From Candidatus Magasanikiibacteriota bacterium (lineage in GTDB: Bacteria; Patescibacteriota; Patescibacteriia; Magasanikbacterales; UBA922): 64,000 nucleotides of DNA. The stretch covers positions 220,544-284,543 of the forward strand of contig WJJZ01000010.1 of NCBI GenBank assembly GCA_014729395.1, written 5' to 3'. The translations under genes were made by a program, and so were the position numbers. The notes beneath the pieces were generated by a model. It saw nothing but the letters and a program-made list of their open reading frames with translations, had not been told where the DNA came from and did no database searches. Positions 26,272 through 36,988 of this stretch are shown here, piece by piece; positions within the stretch are counted from its first letter, which is position 1; each line of letters begins with the position of its first letter.

Positions 26272-27705
26272 ATGGAAAATGAACAAATAAACTTTCTGGA
26301 AGAGGAAAAAATTAATTATAATGAAAAAAACAGCCTGAAAAAATGGCGTCGTATTTTTATTTTTTCAATTGCTTTTTTTATTTTGGTTCTGGTATTTGGT
26401 ATAACCAGATTTGTGGCTACGGAATATGCACCAAACGACCCTATGGCATATGATGCTGTAACTTTAGAACCCAAAAAACCAGAGGGTTTGCTAGGAAAAA
26501 TAAAACAATTAATATTTCATAAGGAAAACACTTTGGAAGGTGAAAGCCGGGATCGCATAAATATTCTTCTTTTGGGAATGGGTGGCCTGGGACATGATGG
26601 ACCGTTTCTAACCGATACGATAATAATTGCCAGCATAAAACCATCCACCAATCAAGTGGCCATGATATCAATTCCTCGTGATTTGGGCGTTGATATACCG
26701 GGTCATGGTTGGCACAAAATAAACCATGCTAATGCTTACGGAGAAGCGGAAAACAAAGATTGGGGAGCCGCATTTGCTACAGCTGTTATTGAAGACACTT
26801 TTGATATTGATATTCAATACTATGTACGGGTTGACTTTAAAGCCTTTGAAGAAGTGGTTGATGAAGTCGGTGGTGTGACCGTTAATGTGGAAAGATCCTT
26901 TGTTGACTATATGTATCCCGCTCCCAATGATGAATACCAGACAGTTTCATTCACAGAGGGAGTAAAAAAAATGGATGGCTCTGAAGCTCTTATTTATGCT
27001 CGTTCCAGACACGGATCTAACGGTGAAGGTTCGGACTTTGCCAGAGCAAAAAGACAACAAAAAGTAATTCTCGCATTAAAAGAAAAAGTACTTTCGTATT
27101 CCACATTATTAAATCCGGTAAAAATTAACAATATAATGAAATCCCTGGAAAGTCATATAACTACAAATATGGAATTTGCAGACATTATTAGTTTTGCCAA
27201 GATGGCAAAAGATCTTGATACCGAAAACATCATAAACGTGGTGCTGGATAATAGTGCTGATGGATATTTGAAAAATGCTTTCTCCCCTACGGGTGCCTAT
27301 ATTCTAAAACCAAAAGATGGAAATTTTGATGAAATTAATAGACTTATTGACAATATATTTCAATCTGAACTGCAATCTGTTGATGATACACCAAGACAAG
27401 ACAAACCGGATTTTTCCTATGCTGCAATTGAAATTCAAAATGGGACTTGGTATGCCGGTATGGCTGCGCGCATGAGAAAACGGCTTCAAGACAACAATTT
27501 CAGTGTTAGTTCAATCGGCAACACCGAACAAAGACCACAGGCAAAAAGTTTAATTTATGTTACAAGCGAAGGTGAATACAATGATGTTATTAAAGCACTG
27601 GAAGAAGAACTTCTGGTTCAAAAAGTGGATCATTTACCACCCGGTATTACACCGGCCAGTTCAACCGACATCCTGGTAATACTGGGAGAAGATATGCAAG
27701 AATAA
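26272..27705 (+). CDS. LytR-CpsA-Psr (LCP) family cell-envelope phosphotransferase
   Basis: N-terminal TM; LCP core DRINILLLGMGG...DTIIIASI...MISIPRDL; C-terminal LytR_C-like domain. Confidence 0.8.
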   Translation: MENEQINFLEEEKINYNEKNSLKKWRRIFIFSIAFFILVLVFGITRFVATEYAPNDPMAYDAVTLEPKKPEGLLGKIKQLIFHKENTLEGESRDRINILLLGMGGLGHDGPFLTDTIIIASIKPSTNQVAMISIPRDLGVDIPGHGWHKINHANAYGEAENKDWGAAFATAVIEDTFDIDIQYYVRVDFKAFEEVVDEVGGVTVNVERSFVDYMYPAPNDEYQTVSFTEGVKKMDGSEALIYARSRHGSNGEGSDFARAKRQQKVILALKEKVLSYSTLLNPVKINNIMKSLESHITTNMEFADIISFAKMAKDLDTENIINVVLDNSADGYLKNAFSPTGAYILKPKDGNFDEINRLIDNIFQSELQSVDDTPRQDKPDFSYAAIEIQNGTWYAGMAARMRKRLQDNNFSVSSIGNTEQRPQAKSLIYVTSEGEYNDVIKALEEELLVQKVDHLPPGITPASSTDILVILGEDMQE

Positions 27706-27706
27706 T

Positions 27707-29107
27707 ATGTCAGAAAACAATAGAAAAATAAATTATGAAAATTTACCCGTTGTTGTGATGGTAGGCCGTGTTAATGTTGGTAAATCTACCCTTTTCAACA
27801 GATTAACCGAACAGAACAAGGCTCTCGTATCTGACATTCCGGGAACTACCAGGACATCTAATGAAGGATTAGTTTTATGGAGAGGTAAATACGTCAAATT
27901 AATAGATACGGGCGGTCTTAGTTTTGCCTATGATGTACCCCTTGAAGAAGATATAATAAAACAAAGTGAAAGAGCTATGAAGGAAGCGGATTTGGTATTA
28001 TTTGTAACTGATGCTAAGGTTGGAATTCTTCCCCAAGAAAAAGAACTTGCCAAAAGATTGCGTCGATTGGTAAAAAAACCGGTAATTTTATTGGCCAACA
28101 AAATCGATACTAAAAAAATGGAATCGAATGTGACTGAACCGGATTATGCAAAATTGGGATTGGGTGTACCCTTCCCTATTTCCGCTGTAAACGGCAGAAA
28201 CGTGGGTGATCTGCTGGATATAATATTTAAAAAACTACACTCCGGAAAAGTCAGACCAAAGACAAAAAAAATTGAAAAAAATGAAATTATTGATATTTCA
28301 CTTATTGGAAAGCCAAATGTTGGTAAATCATCTCTATTCAACAAATTAATCGGCCAAGATAAGGTAATTGTTAGTGAGATGCCACATACCACCCGTGAAC
28401 CTTTCAATACCGAACTGATTTATGAATATAGTTTGAATGATAAAAAAATAAAACAAAAAATAAATTTCATTGATACGGCCGGAATCAGACGCAAGGCAAA
28501 AGTAAAAGGCAAACTGGAAAAAAGCGGCATCCAAAAAAGTATAAAGTCAATAGAAGAGTCAGATATTGTGCTTTTTGTTCTGGATGCTGCTGAATCAATT
28601 TCCCACCAAGACAAACAACTTGGGGGTTTAATTGAAAAAAGAGGTAAAAGTGTCTTAATTTTATTAAATAAATGGGATTTAAGCGAAGATAACAGTCAGG
28701 CAAAAAGAAAAGAAATAACAAAATTTGTTAGAGCTCATTTTCCTCACTTAAAATTTGCTCCGATTGAATTCGTAAGCGGATTAACAGGTTATGGAGTACA
28801 TAAAATTTTTCCCACTATTATTCGAATATACTCTGCTCGACATACTCATATACCGGATCCTGTTTTACAAAAATTCTTAGATTCAATAACCAAAGAAAAA
28901 TTACCAAGCAGAGGAAAAGGTACACGTCATCCAAAAATTGTCGGAATAAAACAAACCGGCATTGCTCCGCCGGTAATAGAGTTAACTATCAAATACCGAA
29001 CCTCCCTCCACTCGTCATATGTTAATTACATAGAAAACAAATTGCGTGAAAGATTTGATTTTACCGGAACACCTATTATAATAAAGTTAACTAAGATGAA
29101 GAGATAA
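27707..29107 (+). CDS. der: Ribosome biogenesis GTPase Der (EngA)
   Basis: Two tandem GTPase domains (GRVNVGKSTLFN; GKPNVGKSSLFN) plus C-terminal KH-like domain. Confidence 0.9.
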   Translation: MSENNRKINYENLPVVVMVGRVNVGKSTLFNRLTEQNKALVSDIPGTTRTSNEGLVLWRGKYVKLIDTGGLSFAYDVPLEEDIIKQSERAMKEADLVLFVTDAKVGILPQEKELAKRLRRLVKKPVILLANKIDTKKMESNVTEPDYAKLGLGVPFPISAVNGRNVGDLLDIIFKKLHSGKVRPKTKKIEKNEIIDISLIGKPNVGKSSLFNKLIGQDKVIVSEMPHTTREPFNTELIYEYSLNDKKIKQKINFIDTAGIRRKAKVKGKLEKSGIQKSIKSIEESDIVLFVLDAAESISHQDKQLGGLIEKRGKSVLILLNKWDLSEDNSQAKRKEITKFVRAHFPHLKFAPIEFVSGLTGYGVHKIFPTIIRIYSARHTHIPDPVLQKFLDSITKEKLPSRGKGTRHPKIVGIKQTGIAPPVIELTIKYRTSLHSSYVNYIENKLRERFDFTGTPIIIKLTKMKR

Positions 29108-29194
29108 GCACCCAGTTGCCAACAGACATTGATTACATACAGTTGGACTCAATCGACATCTGCTGGCGACCGGGCCTTGGCGAAATATTATAAT

Positions 29195-29734
29195 ATGAAA
29201 TTAATAATTGGTCTCGGAAATCCGGGAAAAAAATACGAGAAGACGCGTCATAACGTCGGTTTTATGGTACTTGATAAATTACACAATAAACTACTTAACA
29301 AAGGCGTTAGCGAGTGGCAATTAAGTAAAAAATTTAATGCCATGATCTCGGGCTTGACAGTTTCCGGAGAAAAAATAATTCTAGCTAAACCAATGACCTT
29401 TATGAATGCCTCCGGTCAAGCGGTTCAGTTGATAGCTCACTATTACAAAATATCACCGGAAGATATTATTATTATTCATGATGACAAAGACATAGAATTG
29501 GGAGAAATAAAAATTCAAAATGAACGAGGAGACGCCGGCCATAATGGAATTCGCTCGATCCAAAAAAATATTAAATCAAATGAATTTACAAGAATAAGAG
29601 TAGGTATTGGATCATCTGATAAAAAAATGAAAGATGTATCCAAATTTGTTCTTAGTAAATTTTCTATATTTGAGAGAAAAAAAGTAGATGACACAATCAA
29701 TAAAGCTGTAAATATATTATTAAAAAAATTGTAA
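29195..29734 (+). CDS. pth: Peptidyl-tRNA hydrolase
   Basis: MKLIIGLGNPGKKYEKTRHNVGF signature; start refined to internal ATG (track ORF begins upstream without homology). Confidence 0.85.
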   Translation: MKLIIGLGNPGKKYEKTRHNVGFMVLDKLHNKLLNKGVSEWQLSKKFNAMISGLTVSGEKIILAKPMTFMNASGQAVQLIAHYYKISPEDIIIIHDDKDIELGEIKIQNERGDAGHNGIRSIQKNIKSNEFTRIRVGIGSSDKKMKDVSKFVLSKFSIFERKKVDDTINKAVNILLKKL

Positions 29735-29746
29735 TAAAAACTCATT

Positions 29747-30832
29747 ATGGAAAAGGAAATATTATTTTCTTATTTTCCTAAAAACACAGTTAGAAGGTAT
29801 AGACAGCTGATGTCTGAATTCAAAAACCTTGACAATGCATGGCAAGCGGAATTTGACGACCTTAAGCGTTTAAATTGGTCAGATAATCTAATCCATGAAT
29901 TCCTATTATGGAAAGATGAGCTGGATGAAAATAAAATATTCGACACATTGAGAAAAGAAAAAATAAAATGTCTCACAATATCAAATGATAAATACCCAAA
30001 ATTATTGAAAGAAATATATGACCCTCCTTTTTGTTTGTTTGTTAGAGGAGAATTTAAAGCATTTAAATTGCCGATTGCAATCGTAGGTACGAGAAAAAAT
30101 ACCAACTACGGAAAAAACATCACCAAAAAGCTGGCAAGCACTTTGACCCAAGCCGGGTGTGAAATAATAAGCGGTCTTGCCTATGGAATTGATGCTGTCT
30201 CTCATGATACATGTATTAATAAATCCGGATATACAATTGCCGTATTGGGCGGTGGTATTGACAAGCAGCATGTCCACCCGGCCGGCAATAAGATACTGGG
30301 TGAAAAAATCATTCAAAACGGAGGCTGTTTAATCTCTGAGTACCCACCGGGAACATTGCCCACCAAGTTCACATTCCCCAAAAGAAATCGCATCATTGCC
30401 GGTTTGAGCAAAGCGGTTATTATTATCGAAGCACCAAAAAAATCTGGAGCACTAATAACCGCTCAATCGGCCCTTGATAACAATAGAGATATATATGCAA
30501 TACCGCAAAATATCGACTCTCATACATCTTCCGGTGTCAATAAATTAATAAAATCAGGTGCCGGAATAATAACCGAAGCCAATGATATACTGGAATACTT
30601 GAATTTGCCAAACGAGGATAACTGTGATAACAATAATCGTACCATAAAACCGGATAATTTAGAGGAAGAAAAAATTCTTGATGCTTTTGATAATGATTTA
30701 ATCTTACACATAGATGACATTATCAAAAAAACAGCCATGGAAAGCTCCTTGGTATCAAGCACAATATCAATTATGGAACTCAAAGGTGCTGTAAAAAATA
30801 TTGGTAATATGAAATATAAAATAACAAGTTAG
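29747..30832 (+). CDS. dprA: DNA processing protein DprA (Smf)
   Basis: Rossmann-like DprA core IAIVGTRKNTNYG...GIDAVSH...ISGLAYGID; 361 aa with C-terminal extension. Confidence 0.8.
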   Translation: MEKEILFSYFPKNTVRRYRQLMSEFKNLDNAWQAEFDDLKRLNWSDNLIHEFLLWKDELDENKIFDTLRKEKIKCLTISNDKYPKLLKEIYDPPFCLFVRGEFKAFKLPIAIVGTRKNTNYGKNITKKLASTLTQAGCEIISGLAYGIDAVSHDTCINKSGYTIAVLGGGIDKQHVHPAGNKILGEKIIQNGGCLISEYPPGTLPTKFTFPKRNRIIAGLSKAVIIIEAPKKSGALITAQSALDNNRDIYAIPQNIDSHTSSGVNKLIKSGAGIITEANDILEYLNLPNEDNCDNNNRTIKPDNLEEEKILDAFDNDLILHIDDIIKKTAMESSLVSSTISIMELKGAVKNIGNMKYKITS

Positions 30833-30890
30833 TTATGTTGTAGACAGTAGAGAAAATTTGGAAGCTAAATCAAATAAACTTGTTATAATT

Positions 30891-31517
30891 ATGCAAACTC
30901 AATATAAACTAACCATACTCACCGCTATTTTTGTCGGCGGACTAATCTCCGCCAACACACTTGGATCAAAAATTACCACTCTTTTCGGTGTTGCTGTCTC
31001 TGTTGGTATTTTTGCCTACCCACTTACATTCATGGTAACCGATGCGGTTGCCGAAGTTTTTGGAAGAAAAAAAGCAAAACAGATTGTCTGGGCCGCTCTT
31101 ATTGCTCAAGTCTTCGTTCTCCTACTAACCTATGTATCTGTTCAACTTCCGCCTGCTTCTCGTTACCAGCTTAATGAAGAATACGTAAAAATTTTTAGTG
31201 GCAGCCTTAGAATGATCATTGCCAGTTTAATCGCGTTTATTGTAAGCCAAAGTCATGATATTTGGGCGTTTGAATTTTGGAAAAAAATTACAAATAACAA
31301 ATACTTATGGCTAAGGAACAATGCATCCACATTTGTTTCTCAAGCAATCGATACGCTACTATTTATGTTTATTGCTTTTTATGGAATCAGCGAAAAATTT
31401 ACAATATTATTTATTCTTCAATTAAGTTTATCATATTGGTTATTCAAAATTGCCTTTGCCGCACTTGACACCCCTTTTGTCTACTTGCTGGTAAGGTGGT
31501 TAAAAAAAGAAAAATAA
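30891..31517 (+). CDS. yhhQ: Queuosine-precursor transporter YhhQ (VUT family)
   Basis: Six TM; motif FAYPLTFMVTDAVAEVFG matches YhhQ/VUT; start refined to MQTQYKLT. Confidence 0.65.
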   Translation: MQTQYKLTILTAIFVGGLISANTLGSKITTLFGVAVSVGIFAYPLTFMVTDAVAEVFGRKKAKQIVWAALIAQVFVLLLTYVSVQLPPASRYQLNEEYVKIFSGSLRMIIASLIAFIVSQSHDIWAFEFWKKITNNKYLWLRNNASTFVSQAIDTLLFMFIAFYGISEKFTILFILQLSLSYWLFKIAFAALDTPFVYLLVRWLKKEK

Positions 31518-31520
31518 TAA

Positions 31521-32846
31521 ATGGACTTCAATAAAGCCTACAACTATCTATTGTCATTTGCCAACTACCCAAGGAAAGAATACATGAGCGACCCCAGGCA
31601 CTGCGCAATATATCTGAAAAGATTGCAGCTGTTTTTGGATATATTAGGAAATCCTGAAAAAAAAATCCCACACTATATTCATGTTACCGGTACCAGTGGA
31701 AAAGGATCTGTATGCTCCATGCTGCACTCAATTCTTGAAGCTGACGGAAAAAAAGTGGCTTCCACCTACTCTCCACACCCGAGTACTATTACGGAACGAT
31801 GGAAAATTAACAACAGACACATGAGTAAAAAAGAATTTGTGGAATTGATTGATTTTATCAGACCGAAATTGGATGAATACATTAGAAAGAGTCCACATGA
31901 CATGCTATCTTTTTTTGAAGTGACAGAGGCAATAGGTTTTTTATGGTTTGCAAAAAACAAAGTTGAATGGGCTATACTTGAAGTTGCCTGTGGCGGTAGA
32001 TTTGATTCCAGCAATATAATTCCGAAAAAAGACATCGCCGTTATAACCAATATCGGACTTGATCATGTAGGTATTATTGGGAACACAAAAGAAGATATTG
32101 CATATGAAAAAGCGGGCATCATCAAGCCGCAGTCACAAGTCTTTACAGCTGAAAAAAATAAAAAATTACTATCCATATTCAACAAAGAATGTAAAAAGCA
32201 AAGAACAAGCCTAAAAAAAATAAATACCACTAATTACCGATTGCTTAATCATGGAATAGAGGGGGTAAAATTTGAATATGACAATAAAACCTATTTTTTA
32301 CCGGTTATTGGCGAACATCAGATTAAAAACTCTATATTATGTATTGAAATTTCAAAATCATTGGGTATCTCAAAAAATATTATTAAAAAAGGACTTAAAA
32401 AAATTGATTTACCCATCAGAATGGAAGTGGTTGGGAAAAAACCCGTTATAATAATTGACTCGGCACACAATCCGGACAAGATTAAAACTGTTGTTGAAAC
32501 AATTAAAATGTTGACCAAAAAACAAGCACCCATCAACCTTGTGCTTGCTTTTTCAAAAGACAAAAACATAACCAATCTTGTCAAGCAATTATCAATACTG
32601 AAACCTAAGACGGTATCCTGTACCAGAAACACCATTAATCATTTCCGCAAAGTCGCCGAACCCACAAAAATATCTACAAAATTTAAAAGATATTCACCAA
32701 AATCTAAAATCAAAACTTTTTTTGATCCTGAAAACGCTCTGAATTGGTCATATACGAATACTTCAAAAAATGAAATATTACTTGTAACAGGTTCGGTTTT
32801 TTTGAGCGGAGAACTGCGAAAAAAAGCAAAAAAATTGACAATATAG
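31521..32846 (+). CDS. folC: Mur-ligase family protein, folylpolyglutamate synthase-like (FolC)
   Basis: P-loop HVTGTSGKGSV, Mur-ligase middle/C-terminal domains; 441 aa. Confidence 0.7.
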   Translation: MDFNKAYNYLLSFANYPRKEYMSDPRHCAIYLKRLQLFLDILGNPEKKIPHYIHVTGTSGKGSVCSMLHSILEADGKKVASTYSPHPSTITERWKINNRHMSKKEFVELIDFIRPKLDEYIRKSPHDMLSFFEVTEAIGFLWFAKNKVEWAILEVACGGRFDSSNIIPKKDIAVITNIGLDHVGIIGNTKEDIAYEKAGIIKPQSQVFTAEKNKKLLSIFNKECKKQRTSLKKINTTNYRLLNHGIEGVKFEYDNKTYFLPVIGEHQIKNSILCIEISKSLGISKNIIKKGLKKIDLPIRMEVVGKKPVIIIDSAHNPDKIKTVVETIKMLTKKQAPINLVLAFSKDKNITNLVKQLSILKPKTVSCTRNTINHFRKVAEPTKISTKFKRYSPKSKIKTFFDPENALNWSYTNTSKNEILLVTGSVFLSGELRKKAKKLTI

Positions 32847-32897
32847 CTAAATTATCTTATGCTGTTTGTTAGCATATATTATTTTATATAAAATATC

Positions 32898-35117
32898 ATG
32901 AGTAAATCATTAGTTATAGTTGAATCACCAACAAAAGCGAAAACAATATCAAAATTTTTAAAAAACGGATATATAGTTGAATCCTCTTTTGGTCATTTAA
33001 GAGATTTACCCAAAAGCAAAATGGGTATAAATATAGAAGATGAAAGTTTTGAACCTGAGTATATAATTCCCAAAGACAAAAATAAATACGTCAAAATCCT
33101 AAAAGAAAAATCAAAAAAAGCCGATGAAATCATTTTTGCAACAGATGAAGACAGAGAAGGTGAAGCGATTTCATGGCATTTGGCACAAATTCTGGGTATT
33201 GATCCCAAAAAAGCAAAACGGATTGTTTTTCATGAAATTACAAAAAGAGCGATAGAAGAAGCGATAAAAAATCCCAGACATATTGATAAACAATTGGTTA
33301 ATGCTCAACAAGCCAGAAGAATACTCGACAGATTGGTAGGTTACGAGCTTTCACCATTTTTATGGAAAAAAGTTGCTCGCGGTTTATCGGCCGGTCGTGT
33401 TCAGTCAGTAGCTCTTCGCTTAATAGTTGAAAGAGAAAGAGAGATTAAAAAATTTATACCCCAAGAATATTGGACTCTATTGGGTATTTTTGATATTCCC
33501 ACAACCAAAAAGAAAGAACAATTGGAAGCAAAATTATACAGTATTGATGATAAAAGACTAAAAAAATTAGATATAAAACAGAAAAAAGAGATAGACGAAA
33601 TTCTACAAGATTTAAAAACAGCAAAATATAAAATAACAAAAATTACGAAAAAAGAAACAAAACGCACTCCTCCACCGCCATTTACAACCTCCACTCTCCA
33701 ACAAAATGCTCATAATAAACTGGGATATTCCTCAAAACAAATAATGAGAATTGCCCAACAATTATATGAAGGTGTGAAAATTGGATCTCACGGTCATGTA
33801 GGTTTAATTACGTATATGCGTACAGATTCCTTGAATCTTTCGAATAAATTTACCAAAGAGGTAAAAGACTTTATAAATAAAGAATTCGGCAATAAATATT
33901 CTATTGAAAAAATCAGATATTATAAAAATAAATCCAAAGGAGCCCAAGAAGCACATGAGGCGATCAGACCCACAGACCCTGAAAAAACCCCTGAATCAAT
34001 TAAGGAATACCTTACCCCTCAACAATACAAAATATACGATTTGATTTGGAAAAGAGCGGTTGCAACGCAGATGAAAGAAGCCAGATTAAACAAAACCAGT
34101 CTGGACATTTCAGCTAAAAAATATACTTTTAGAGCTAGCGGACAAACCATGATTTTCAGTGGTTGGCTAAAACTGTACCCAAAATCCATAAAGGAAGAAA
34201 TGCTGCCTGATTTGAAAGAAGGTTTGGAAATGGATTGTTCAGTATTAAAACCGGAACAGCATTTTACAGAACCGCCAGCCAGATATTCAGACGCGACATT
34301 GGTCAAAGCCCTGGAAGAACATGGTATTGGCAGACCTTCAACTTATGCTCCCACTATTGCCACAATTGAAGCGAGAAAATATGTTGAAAGGGATGAAAAT
34401 AAAAGACTTATGCCCACGGAAATATCATTTTTAGTAAACGATTTATTGGTAAAACATTTCTCAGATATAGTTGATTATGAATTTACAGCTGAAATGGAGG
34501 AAGATTTGGATACAATTGCCGAAGGAGAAAAAAAATGGAAACCAATAATTAGGGATTTTTATAAACCTTTTCATAAAAATTTAGAAAAAAAGACAAAAGA
34601 ACTATCAAAAAAAGAGTTGACTGAAGAAGAAACGGATGAAAAATGCGAGAAATGCGGCAGTGATATGATAATTAAACTCGGACGATTCGGAAAATTTATG
34701 GCATGTTCCAATTATCCGGAATGTAAGAATACAAAACCGGTTGACCCTGAGGAAAGAAAAGAAGAAGAAACGGATGAAAAATGCGAGAAATGCGGCAGTG
34801 ATATGATTGTAAAACATGGTAGATATGGAACCTTTCTGGGTTGTTCAAATTACCCCGACTGTAAAAATATAAAACCAATAGAAAAGAAAACGGGGGTAAA
34901 ATGCAACAAATGTAATAATGGAGAATTTATAGAAAAAAGAACAAAAAAAGGAAGAACTTTTTACGGTTGTAATCGTTATCCCGATTGCGAAAATGCTTTA
35001 TGGAGTAAACCAACGGGAGAAAACTGTCCTCAATGTAAACAACCATTAGTGTTTGGTTCAAAAAAAGTCATTCGCTGCTCAAACAAAGAATGCAAATACA
35101 AAAAAAATAATAAATAA
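32898..35117 (+). CDS. topA: DNA topoisomerase I with Toprim domain and tandem C-terminal C4 zinc ribbons
   Basis: Toprim IVESPTKAKTI, core domains, four CxxC...CxxC ribbons; includes a nucleotide-identical 47-nt internal duplication (34623-34669 = 34761-34807). Confidence 0.9.
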   Translation: MSKSLVIVESPTKAKTISKFLKNGYIVESSFGHLRDLPKSKMGINIEDESFEPEYIIPKDKNKYVKILKEKSKKADEIIFATDEDREGEAISWHLAQILGIDPKKAKRIVFHEITKRAIEEAIKNPRHIDKQLVNAQQARRILDRLVGYELSPFLWKKVARGLSAGRVQSVALRLIVEREREIKKFIPQEYWTLLGIFDIPTTKKKEQLEAKLYSIDDKRLKKLDIKQKKEIDEILQDLKTAKYKITKITKKETKRTPPPPFTTSTLQQNAHNKLGYSSKQIMRIAQQLYEGVKIGSHGHVGLITYMRTDSLNLSNKFTKEVKDFINKEFGNKYSIEKIRYYKNKSKGAQEAHEAIRPTDPEKTPESIKEYLTPQQYKIYDLIWKRAVATQMKEARLNKTSLDISAKKYTFRASGQTMIFSGWLKLYPKSIKEEMLPDLKEGLEMDCSVLKPEQHFTEPPARYSDATLVKALEEHGIGRPSTYAPTIATIEARKYVERDENKRLMPTEISFLVNDLLVKHFSDIVDYEFTAEMEEDLDTIAEGEKKWKPIIRDFYKPFHKNLEKKTKELSKKELTEEETDEKCEKCGSDMIIKLGRFGKFMACSNYPECKNTKPVDPEERKEEETDEKCEKCGSDMIVKHGRYGTFLGCSNYPDCKNIKPIEKKTGVKCNKCNNGEFIEKRTKKGRTFYGCNRYPDCENALWSKPTGENCPQCKQPLVFGSKKVIRCSNKECKYKKNNK

Positions 35118-35420
35118 TAAAAAAAATCTCCGAAACCCAGAGATTTTTTTACAGTAGCGACGAGCCTTACCCCAATGTCATATAAAATGGTGTCAGGGCT
35201 CTCAATCGCTACGAACGATATTATATCAAAAAAGCTACAAATATCAAACCATAAAGAAAACTCCGTCTAAAACGGAGTTTTCTAACTGACATTGGGTATT
35301 CTCCCTAACTTCTAAAGGTTATCATAAGTAACTAAAATTAGCAAATTATAATTTATAATATTAAACAGTGCTTGTAATATTTTTAAAAAAAGTGTTTAAT
35401 AAAAAAGTATACAAATTTAT

Positions 35421-36899
35421 ATGAGCAAGAAAAATAACCAGACAATTGAACTGTTATTAAAAAAACTCAAAAAATATGCAAGCAATGATGATCTCGAAAT
35501 TATTGAGCTGGCTTATGATTTTGCCGATACTGCGCACAAAGGACAAATTAGAAAAAGTGGTGAACCATACATAACACACCCCTTGGCAGCAGCACACATA
35601 CTTGCAAACATGAGGATTGATCCGGTAGTTATTGCGGCCACCCTATTACATGATGTTCCGGAAGACACAGAGACAACCTTGCAAGAAATAGAAAAAAATT
35701 TTGGTACTGAAATCGCTTCAATGGTAAAAGGTATTACCAAGCTTGGTAAGCTGAAATATCGCGGTGTTGAAAGATATATAGAAAATCTGAGAAAAATGTT
35801 TGTAGCCATGGCTGAAGATGTAAGAGTAATGATTATAAAATTCGCTGATCGTATTCATAATTTAAGAACCCTGGACTCACTACCACCTCAAAAGCAATAT
35901 CGTATTGCTCTTGAAAGTTTAGAAATTTATGCTCCAATAGCTAACCGTCTTGGTATGAACGAAATGAAAGGTAAATTAGAAGATTTGTCTTTTAAATATG
36001 TATACCCGAAAGAATATTCGCGTGTAAAAAAAATTAGAGATGAAAAATTAAGAGGAAAAGAAATCCTGCTAAAAAAAATTCAGAAAAACGCTGAAAATGA
36101 AATAAAAGATGCGGGTATAGATGTCATTGATATTCATGGAAGAAATAAAAGATTGTTTAGTTTATACAAAAAATTACTTAGAAAAGATAATCAAGCGGCT
36201 AAAATATATGATCTCGTAGCAATCAGAGTCATTGTGCCTACGATCGCCGACTGTTATGCCAGTATCGGCATAATACATAAAATTTGGCGGCCACTCAAAG
36301 GCAGGATAAAAGATTATATATCACAACCAAAACCAAATGGGTATAAATCATTGCATACAACCGTATTTGGCGAATCCGGAGAAATAGTTGAATTTCAAAT
36401 TAGAACACCTGAAATGCATGAAGAGGCTGAATATGGTGTGGCGGCACATTGGCACTACGATGAAAACGGATCACGTCTTCCATCAAAAGAAGTAAAATGG
36501 GTGAAAGAATTAGCTGAAGTACAAAAAGAAATCTTATCAAAATTATCAGATTTAGAAGAAATAAAAATTGATTTTTTACAAACAAGGATTTTTGTATTTA
36601 CACCCAAAGGAGACGTAATAGACCTACCGGAAGGAGCTACTCCGGTTGATTTTGCATACCACATTCATACAGATATAGGAAACAAGTGTAACGGTGCTAT
36701 GATAAATGAAAAGATGGTTAGTCTAAATACGGAATTAAAAAACGGTGATGTGGTTGAAATTATCGTAGATAAAAATAGAAAAAACCCATCTGTAGATTGG
36801 CTGAAATTTACTAAAACTCATACCGCCAGATCCAGAATTAAAGCGGCTCAAAAATCCAAACTGACCGGTTGGCTAAAATCGGTATTACCCAAATCATAA
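35421..36899 (+). CDS. rel: Short bifunctional RelA/SpoT-homolog (p)ppGpp synthetase/hydrolase (HD + synthetase + TGS, no ACT)
   Basis: HD motif HDVPEDT, synthetase motifs (RVIVPT...GYKSLHTTV), TGS C-terminus; 492 aa. Confidence 0.85.
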   Translation: MSKKNNQTIELLLKKLKKYASNDDLEIIELAYDFADTAHKGQIRKSGEPYITHPLAAAHILANMRIDPVVIAATLLHDVPEDTETTLQEIEKNFGTEIASMVKGITKLGKLKYRGVERYIENLRKMFVAMAEDVRVMIIKFADRIHNLRTLDSLPPQKQYRIALESLEIYAPIANRLGMNEMKGKLEDLSFKYVYPKEYSRVKKIRDEKLRGKEILLKKIQKNAENEIKDAGIDVIDIHGRNKRLFSLYKKLLRKDNQAAKIYDLVAIRVIVPTIADCYASIGIIHKIWRPLKGRIKDYISQPKPNGYKSLHTTVFGESGEIVEFQIRTPEMHEEAEYGVAAHWHYDENGSRLPSKEVKWVKELAEVQKEILSKLSDLEEIKIDFLQTRIFVFTPKGDVIDLPEGATPVDFAYHIHTDIGNKCNGAMINEKMVSLNTELKNGDVVEIIVDKNRKNPSVDWLKFTKTHTARSRIKAAQKSKLTGWLKSVLPKS

Positions 36900-36988
36900 C
36901 TTTTTAGACCCAATAAATATAATCAAAGCTATAAATTATATAAAAACAATCGGCATAACCTGCCGATTGTTTAATTATATTCTTTTTT

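Noticed and set aside
30833-30890. preQ1 riboswitch upstream of yhhQ
   Set aside because: Only a vague A-rich tail (CTAAATCAAATAAACT); no convincing P1 hairpin plus CCC…AAAAAACUA core; would need a covariance-model scan.
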